A DNA stretch of 64,000 bases from Candidatus Omnitrophota bacterium. Lineage in GTDB: Bacteria; Omnitrophota; Omnitrophia; Omnitrophales; JACROU01. This document shows positions 57,680 to 64,000 of the stretch, piece by piece. Numbering within the stretch: position 1 is the first letter of the stretch; each line of letters starts with the position of its first letter. Made by a program: the position numbers and the translations under genes. The DNA lies in the NCBI GenBank assembly GCA_029261035.1, contig JAJDCD010000008.1, forward strand, positions 364,480 through 428,479. The letters are read 5' to 3'. Below the pieces are notes generated by a model, which did not search any database, was not told where the DNA came from, and saw nothing but the letters and a program-made list of their open reading frames with translations.

Positions 57680-58228
57680 TTAGGGGCTATTTGGCATTTC
57701 AAGCTTGTCCAATATTTCACGAAATCTAGCTAGCTGTAACCTCTCATCACCCAGTTTTACAATTTCAAGTAATCGACGGAGATGAAAATGTTTGACAATT
57801 TGAGGAAAGGGATTTTTTGTGAGAACTTCACGTATCCCCTGAGGAAGATTTAGGATTCGCAGAAGCTTAGCGATATAGGACCAATCCTCCCCTGTCATCT
57901 CAGCTAATTGGCGGATACTTGAAGCACCTGTTGACTCCATCAATCGCTTGAAATATTCAGCTTTTTTTATGGGATTATTCTCAAGGCGCTTTTGAAAAAT
58001 TCTGTGTTTTTGAAGATCTTTTTGGGTGGGAATCAAGCCGGTTTTAAGGCTATTTGGTCGGTCCTCAAGAACAAAAACTCTTTTACCTGACTTGTAAATG
58101 CTATAGAATGATTCAAAATAATCAAACGAACGGGAAATCGCTACTTGGGAAATTAGTTCGTCGAGCGTCCGAGTGGGGACCCCATATAAAAAAAGCCATC
58201 CAAAACGGATGGCTTTTTTTATGCCCAT
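57680..58228 (-). CDS. ParB-like HTH accessory protein of the kind found beside large serine recombinases (true start uncertain; annotated ATG lies in the host repeat)
   Basis: NPI..A..F...S...LA..TG..WSYI.K.LRIL.LP HTH pattern. Confidence 0.6.
   Translation of the reverse strand: MGIKKAIRFGWLFLYGVPTRTLDELISQVAISRSFDYFESFYSIYKSGKRVFVLEDRPNSLKTGLIPTQKDLQKHRIFQKRLENNPIKKAEYFKRLMESTGASSIRQLAEMTGEDWSYIAKLLRILNLPQGIREVLTKNPFPQIVKHFHLRRLLEIVKLGDERLQLARFREILDKLEMPNSP
58156..58188 (-). other. Candidate att junction of the element
   Basis: TATATGGGGTC core shared with 62130-62140; downstream TGG-GGT-N9-GA-N8-GAAC spacing conserved in both copies. Confidence 0.5.
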
Positions 58229-58419
58229 GGTGAGCGACGGGACTTGAAAAGAGGCCCGACCAGTTTATATAAGATGAAATAAAAATAGAGCTGACTCAAT
58301 GTCAGGTCTCTTTTCATTGAATTCCTTAGGAGGGCCGAATGGCCGACCTGGAGTAAGTACTTACGACCAGTAAGTAACGAACGTAAGGCGCCAAGTCCCT
58401 CGACTGAGAAACCTTAGCA
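58178..58419. repeat. Structured intergenic repeat, copy 1
   Basis: Matches 62130-62370 in blocks; several hairpins; bounded internally by GGGACTTG...CAAGTCC inverted motifs. Confidence 0.9.
58188..58220. terminator. Bidirectional intrinsic terminator within repeat copy 1
   Basis: A7-GCCATCC-AAAAC-GGATGGC-T7. Confidence 0.8.
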
Positions 58420-58513
58420 ATTCCAAACCAATTCAACATTCAACAACTGACCCCCAAAATGCAAACTCAAATGTTGGATTGTGTTCATATCGTGTTGATG
58501 AACACTTAAGGAA

Positions 58514-61500
58514 TTATGCTGCTCGTGCTATGGCTAAATCCGCTTCATGGGATTGAACTAGGGCTAATAAAGCTTCCCCTACCGCAGAGAAGAATCCATC
58601 TACTTTCCTTAATCCGTATTTCGTCAGGAAGGCTAATGGGTTCTCTGATTGAGTGTAGAGTAAAGCTACTCCTAAAAGCCCATTCTCTTCGTTTGGATAT
58701 CTAAACTTATTGTCTCCGACTAATGTGAAGTCTTCTGCTGGATCAATGGTTCGAGATAAATGAAGATTATGTTGGGCTTTACGTATTCCCTTTGCAGCCT
58801 CTCTCGCATTTTGTGGAGTGAAGTGTATGTTTGGTAGATTAAGCAATGGTTGTTTATCATACGAACCTGCATTAGTAACCACCACTTGTAACTGCTTTGG
58901 ATTCCTCGCTGCTAGTTTGAAGATTTCATCCAGTTGAGCACGAGAGAAGTTGTCTATGTCACGTCCGATGAAAACATTTATGGATTCTTTTAGGTTGTCT
59001 AGGACAGAAACATTTACAGAACCCAAACTCTTCGCATCGGCTTCATCTTCTGTTCCCAATGATGCCCCACTCACTCTCTCTGGAAACACTTCATTAGGGA
59101 ATAAACCTTGTTCGTATTCTGTGAAAGCAGGATCAATGTTGGCGTACAAGACGCGAACGGTTCCGTCGTTGCCTACAGTCACAAACTTTTTTTGATCAGG
59201 AGTTATAACAACATCTTGAATTCCTCCACTATGTCCTTCTAGTCGTTGGCGCTCTTCTCCTGTCTGGATATCCCACATCCGTAGAGTTCCATCTCGATAC
59301 CCTGTTACAATCTGTTGCCCATCAGGAGTGATGGTTAGAACATCATCAACAAATCCACCATCCTCTTCAATATCACGATGCCCTCTAAACATCAGAAGCC
59401 GTTCCCCTGTATTTATATCCCAAACTCGAACAATTCCATCTTCACTGCTGGTTACAACCTTCTTGCTATCCGGGGTAATCGTAATGACCGTTACACTATC
59501 TGCTTCTTGCATAGGATTTAGATCAAAACCAGGAATTCGTTGTTGGGTTTCTGTATCCCACACTTCTAAACGTCGGCCTTCATCCATAAAATTAAGGCTC
59601 GTCAAAGCCATTCGTTTGTTATCAGGGCTTAAAGCAACAAAGGCTGCAGACGGGATTGCTTCTGATTCAATCATATAAAGACTCTCTTGGGTTTTCCAAT
59701 CCAAAACTTGCACTCTTGTTACCCATTCTCCTACGAGATCATTAGGAGCTGGTTCACTAATGACAAGATAACGTATAAACAAGCTCCCATCCCGACTAAA
59801 AGGTGTACTTCGATAAAATATCTCATGCGGTGTAGATGGTGATACTGTTAATGATTCAAAAGGTGTCCAAAACAAAGTGTTAATTCCTTGATTCTGGGAT
59901 ATTAAAACTTTATTTCCATCAGGAGTAAAATAAGCAGCATCAGCATCAGAAGCGGATGCTGTTCTTTTTCCCGTTAACATGTCCCAAATAGTAACCCTTT
60001 GATCTAACCCTATAGTCACAATTTGACTTCCATCTGGATGAATTGAAACTCTGTCTAGTGGACTTCCATAATTTGCTACTACCCGACTCCTTAACCTTTC
60101 TCCATCCCAACTGTAAAGACTATCTATCACCCTATTTAAGCTCGGCAAATCCTCTCTTTCGAGAACTGCTTTCACACCACCCGCTCTTCCCACTGCTGCT
60201 AATAATGCCTTTAAATCTTCCTCATCTTCATGCGCTCCATATTGCTTCAGTGCTGCTTTAACTTTGTCTCTATCTGTCCCCAAACTCTTTGCATCGACTT
60301 CATCTTCTTCTGTCACAACTCCACCTTGAGCTGTTGTCTCCCATCCTTCTTTCAACCGATCCAGCTGTGTCAAAACTCGTTCTAGGCCAATAGCATCAAT
60401 GCTCTCTAAAACCTCTAAAACCTCTGGGGTGTGTTTGTGGGGAACGTAATATTCTTCTGTTGTACCATTAGTTAATTTAAATACTTTATCAAGTTTTCGA
60501 TAAAACTCCTCTTTTGCATCCTCACTTAGCTCTTCATATTTTCTAAAAACATCATCAATCCTATCTAGCTGCTCTTTTACTCCTTGCTTAGAATCAATCC
60601 CTAAAGAAAGTATTATCGGAACAAAAAGAGATGCTTCTGCTTCTTCAAAAAATCTCATGCTCCAATTTCTTACAAACCTCTGATAGTCTTCATCATTATT
60701 TTCGGCTACCATCTCCAATGTAAGATCTAATTTCTCCCAAAAAGCTATAAAATGCCCTCCCCAATCCTCACCACCACCCCCCTCTAGAACAAGGTTTTCA
60801 ATAAAGGCTATAAAAAAATTAAGATTAAAAGTAGAAGGAGCTAACACTCCAAATCTCACAGCCCTAGTTAAAGAAATAAGAGGATCGTAATGACTACCGC
60901 CAACCTGATTTACTCGACTAGCGTAATAAAAAAACATTGTTTCCATCATCTCTCCATCTATCACTCCTGCTTGAACAGCTTTCCCTAAACTTAGAAGAGG
61001 ATCGAAATAAATATAAAATTCATGGTTAGCATCAGCATTTACAATACTACGGTCTAATAACTTACCTAACACTGAAGGGTCTGCTTCTCTATCTCTAACT
61101 GCTTCTATTAACCTTCTCAGAGATTCAAAATCTTCATCGCTCCCCCCCGTCGTGAAACCATGCGTAATTTTTAAAAAGCGCTCGACATCAAGTAAACTTT
61201 TGTCAGCACCACCCTCTTTAACTGCCTGGGCAACAATCACTAAAAAACCAGAGATCTTCTCTAAATATCTACCCTCCTCCCTCCACTTTACATAACTAGT
61301 ATTCGTTTCTGATACAGCTTTTAACAACGCAACAACGTCTTCTGTGGTCTGACCCGTCACATCCTTCAATTCCATTAATAATTCAAATGCTTCAAAAGCA
61401 TTTGCTGTTTCACTTAAAATCTGAAGTACTTCTTTCTGGCTAATATTATACGACTCGCTAATAAATTTCCTCATTTCACCTGCCACTGCATCCTTAAAGA

Positions 61501-61861
61501 AATCACCCAATTCTTCATTACGAAGTAATAGAGTTAATGATTGTATTATTTGCGCATTAGTACGGCCTGCCCTTATAAGTTTTTGTATATATTCAAAAAT
61601 CAACGCAGTGTCTTTCCCAGACTTCATTTGTTTTTCCAAATCTACCAAATCCCTGTCTGTCCCCAAACTCTTAGCATCTGCGTAATCTGGCTGCTCAGCA
61701 TCCCTACCTTCTAATAATGCTTCTTCGTAAATAGATTGTGGTCTTGCTGCATACAAAGGAGTGGCATATTCAAAGATATTAAAAAGTGTGAAGAAAATGG
61801 ACAGTAAAATAGTAGTGTTTTTGTGGAATATAGGTAATCCTGGTTTAGACTGACACTTCAT
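58514..61861 (-). CDS. Large secreted modular protein: signal peptide, helical module, WD40 propeller, conserved C-terminal domain; AxSLG linkers
   Basis: N-terminal hydrophobic segment ending PLYA-ARP; GH...TPDG...DGT.R.WD repeats; DAKSLG x3 and GASLG x1. Confidence 0.85.
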   Translation of the reverse strand: MKCQSKPGLPIFHKNTTILLSIFFTLFNIFEYATPLYAARPQSIYEEALLEGRDAEQPDYADAKSLGTDRDLVDLEKQMKSGKDTALIFEYIQKLIRAGRTNAQIIQSLTLLLRNEELGDFFKDAVAGEMRKFISESYNISQKEVLQILSETANAFEAFELLMELKDVTGQTTEDVVALLKAVSETNTSYVKWREEGRYLEKISGFLVIVAQAVKEGGADKSLLDVERFLKITHGFTTGGSDEDFESLRRLIEAVRDREADPSVLGKLLDRSIVNADANHEFYIYFDPLLSLGKAVQAGVIDGEMMETMFFYYASRVNQVGGSHYDPLISLTRAVRFGVLAPSTFNLNFFIAFIENLVLEGGGGEDWGGHFIAFWEKLDLTLEMVAENNDEDYQRFVRNWSMRFFEEAEASLFVPIILSLGIDSKQGVKEQLDRIDDVFRKYEELSEDAKEEFYRKLDKVFKLTNGTTEEYYVPHKHTPEVLEVLESIDAIGLERVLTQLDRLKEGWETTAQGGVVTEEDEVDAKSLGTDRDKVKAALKQYGAHEDEEDLKALLAAVGRAGGVKAVLEREDLPSLNRVIDSLYSWDGERLRSRVVANYGSPLDRVSIHPDGSQIVTIGLDQRVTIWDMLTGKRTASASDADAAYFTPDGNKVLISQNQGINTLFWTPFESLTVSPSTPHEIFYRSTPFSRDGSLFIRYLVISEPAPNDLVGEWVTRVQVLDWKTQESLYMIESEAIPSAAFVALSPDNKRMALTSLNFMDEGRRLEVWDTETQQRIPGFDLNPMQEADSVTVITITPDSKKVVTSSEDGIVRVWDINTGERLLMFRGHRDIEEDGGFVDDVLTITPDGQQIVTGYRDGTLRMWDIQTGEERQRLEGHSGGIQDVVITPDQKKFVTVGNDGTVRVLYANIDPAFTEYEQGLFPNEVFPERVSGASLGTEDEADAKSLGSVNVSVLDNLKESINVFIGRDIDNFSRAQLDEIFKLAARNPKQLQVVVTNAGSYDKQPLLNLPNIHFTPQNAREAAKGIRKAQHNLHLSRTIDPAEDFTLVGDNKFRYPNEENGLLGVALLYTQSENPLAFLTKYGLRKVDGFFSAVGEALLALVQSHEADLAIARAA

Positions 61862-62129
61862 TTAGACAAAGTCCCCTTTGGGTAAAGGATACCATATTAA
61901 ATTATATTGTAGAAATACCCAAAAATTACCCGCCGCGTGAGAGTCTGCCTAGTATACCCACTACCCCCGGGGTACCCCCGAAAGCAAGTTTGATAAGAAT
62001 TGTAAGGTCTGAAATAAAAGGGCTTATTAGGTCTATTAGGAGGCTAAAACGGGTATGTTCATAGGGATACTTAAGGAAAATTGTTTTAAGCTACGTTGAG
62101 GAAATAGGTTCTAAGTTCATCTAGACAGT

Positions 62130-62370
62130 GACCCCATATAAAAAAAGCCATCCAAAACGGATGGCTATTTTTATGCCCATGGTAAGCGACGGGACTTGAA
62201 AAGAACGACGCCAAGTTTATCACGCTGAAATAAATAAGGAGCTGACTCAATGTCAGGTCTTTATTTATTGAAGTCATTACAAGGAGTGAATGGCCGACCT
62301 GGAGTAAGTACTTGCGACCAGCAAGTAACGAACGTAAGGCGCCAAGTCCTCGACTAGAGAAGCTTTAGCA
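62130..62370. repeat. Structured intergenic repeat, copy 2
   Basis: Homologous to 58178-58419, with a compensatory base-pair change in one hairpin. Confidence 0.9.
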
Positions 62371-62414
62371 CTCTTAAATTACACCCAGCAAACTATTAAA
62401 CTTCTAATTAAAAA

Positions 62415-64000
62415 CTACGCCGCTCGTGCTATAGCTAAATCTGCTTCGTGGGATTGAACTAAGGCTAACAAAGCCTCCCCTACTGCTGAGAAGAATCCAT
62501 CTACTTTTCTTAATCCATACTTCGTTAGGAAGGCAATCTGATTATCTGATTGAGTGTAGAGCAAAGCTACTCCTAAGAGGCCATTCTCTTCGTCTGGATA
62601 TCTAAACTTGTTGTCTCCAACTAATGTGAAGTCATCTGAGGGATTTATTGTCTTGGACAGATGAAGGTTATGCTGAGCTTTCCGTATTCCTTTTGCTGCT
62701 TCTTTCGCACTCCGTGGGGTGAAGTGTATATTTGGCAGATTCAGTAATGGATGTTTATCATAGGATGGCGCATTAGTAACCACCACTTGTAACTGCTTTG
62801 GATTCCTTGCTGCTAGTTTGAAGATTTCATCTAGTTGAGCTTGTGAGAAATTATTGATGTCACCACCATGAACAAATATATTTGTGGATTGTTTTAATCT
62901 ATCTAAGACAGAAACATCTACAGCTCCCAAACTCTGTGCATCTACTTCTTCTATTGGAACCTCTGATGCCCCTAAACTTGCCGCCACAATTACTTGGCCA
63001 TCTGTCACACTTCCTTGCCAACGAGCAGTTCCATCATCAAAAACAACCTCTAAGTCTTTCCTTACCCCATCCCGAAGTTTTCCTGCATTATTTGGATCTT
63101 GAAATAACTCTTTTATTTCTTCTTCAGTTACAGACGTTCTTCTTAGAATTAAGCTTCTTAATTCCTTCAACTCTGACAATTCCACTAATTCACGAATATC
63201 CTCATTTCCTGTTAAATCAAGTACTTTTAATCCCTTTATCTGAACTAGTTGTGGAATAGCTAAATAACTTTCTAATTCTGCATCTTTAGCGATTAGCTCT
63301 TCTAATTTTGGAAGACGGGATAATCTACCATACTCTGTCATGTATTTATTTCCACTCAAATTAAGTTTCCTCAAACTTTTAATTTCTATAAGTTCATCCA
63401 GATTATCATTAGTGGCATCAAATGTAAGTGATATATTTAACTCTTCTAATTTTGAAAGTTTCGATAAACCTATAAAGGAGGGGCTATAAAAACCGAGATC
63501 TTCATCCATGTCCATGTCCACATCATCAATATAAAGATTCTCTGTCTGCATATAAAGCACTTCTTCTAAAGAGAGTTTTTTCAAACTTTTAATGTTCCCA
63601 ATATCATCGATAGACGGCTTTCCAAGTGTAGAATTGTTTAAGTCTAAAGTTTCTAAACCTGGAATAGTAGATAGAGCTCCTAATTCAGTAAAGCTACTCA
63701 ATTCTAAAGTGAGTTTTTTCAAGCCCTTATTTTCTGCTATTTGAGCAACAACTGTAGGATCACTTATATTTTCTCCTATCAACTCCTCCAATTGAATTGG
63801 TGCTAAAGAACCAATGTCAAATGTTGGGTTTCCCACATATAAAGTACCCTTTACACCAAATGTCTTTCCCTCTATTTCTATCTTATACATTGCTCCGGAA
63901 GTAAGTTCATCTACTTGATTCACCACCCTTTTTTCATGTTCTTCAAAAAAAGAAGTCGCAAAAGGAGAAATATCTTCGTTGCTCACAAATCTAATGAAAG
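62415..64000 (-). CDS. Paralogous modular protein (partial, 5' end beyond window): leucine-rich repeats, AxSLG linkers and the same C-terminal domain
   Basis: LxxLxLxxN LRRs; AASLG and DAQSLG; C-terminal ~170 aa nearly identical to 58514-61861; frame open to window edge. Confidence 0.85.
   Translation of the reverse strand, partial: FIRFVSNEDISPFATSFFEEHEKRVVNQVDELTSGAMYKIEIEGKTFGVKGTLYVGNPTFDIGSLAPIQLEELIGENISDPTVVAQIAENKGLKKLTLELSSFTELGALSTIPGLETLDLNNSTLGKPSIDDIGNIKSLKKLSLEEVLYMQTENLYIDDVDMDMDEDLGFYSPSFIGLSKLSKLEELNISLTFDATNDNLDELIEIKSLRKLNLSGNKYMTEYGRLSRLPKLEELIAKDAELESYLAIPQLVQIKGLKVLDLTGNEDIRELVELSELKELRSLILRRTSVTEEEIKELFQDPNNAGKLRDGVRKDLEVVFDDGTARWQGSVTDGQVIVAASLGASEVPIEEVDAQSLGAVDVSVLDRLKQSTNIFVHGGDINNFSQAQLDEIFKLAARNPKQLQVVVTNAPSYDKHPLLNLPNIHFTPRSAKEAAKGIRKAQHNLHLSKTINPSDDFTLVGDNKFRYPDEENGLLGVALLYTQSDNQIAFLTKYGLRKVDGFFSAVGEALLALVQSHEADLAIARAA

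Larger units (their letters stand above)
1..58180 (-). mobile_element. Integrative conjugative/mobilisable element carrying metal-resistance, iron-uptake and Qat defence cargo (left end outside window)
   Basis: T4CP plus relaxase-like gene, DUF932/PC4 backbone genes and typical cargo. Right boundary is where the host repeat (58178-58419) stops matching its second copy (62130). Integrase not seen in window. Confidence 0.7.

Noticed and set aside
58226-58248. tRNA gene (TTCAAGTCCCGTCGCTCACCA on - strand, and the copy near 62180)
   Set aside because: Only a T-loop/3' arm-like fragment; no 5' T-stem partner, D arm or anticodon arm upstream
62086-62277. 63-aa ORF ending WGHCLDELRTYFLNVA as a real gene
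   Set aside because: Runs through the non-coding repeat and a terminator; only the tail is informative, as an att-like half-site
58178-62370. CRISPR array or classical integron attC sites
   Set aside because: Only two long copies ~4 kb apart; no short repeat-spacer periodicity, no RYYYAAC/GTTRRRY boxes, no cas or intI in the window

Overview
Nearly all genes lie on the - strand and the window splits into two parts. (1) Positions ~1-58180 look like one integrated conjugative/mobilisable element. Its backbone (1-14200) has a VirD4/TraD coupling protein, a Replic_Relax relaxase, DUF932, PC4-like ssDNA-binding proteins and a compact ubiquitin-like/E2-like/E1(ThiF)/JAB cassette, with terminator-like hairpins before many ribosome-binding sites. 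It continues into ~38 kb of metal cargo (CopA, CusCBA, CsoR, ArsC/Acr3/ArsR, ECF/anti-sigma, Lgt, Zn/Cd P-ATPase, CzcCBA with PII, Fur-linked TonB iron uptake, a MerR/MerC-like unit) and a complete QatABCD anti-phage system. It ends at a junction resembling a large-serine-recombinase att site (~58180). No integrase or mating-pair genes are visible; they may lie left of the window. (2) Positions ~58180-64000 are AT-richer DNA with two tandem paralogous large protein genes (WD40 cargo in one, LRR cargo in the other). Their modules are separated by a repeated (D/G/A)-A-x-S-L-G linker and they share a ~170-aa C-terminal domain ending ...ADLAIARAA. Each gene is followed by a copy of a ~240-bp structured non-coding repeat that ends at an att-like site. 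This protein style suggests an Omnitrophota-like host (inference). The best candidates for undescribed biology are the AxSLG polyprotein/repeat cassette array, the element-borne ubiquitin-like cassette, the hairpin-punctuated backbone operon and a signal peptide-Cys-Cys-Pro micropeptide. All family assignments come from motif recognition by eye; no searches were run.
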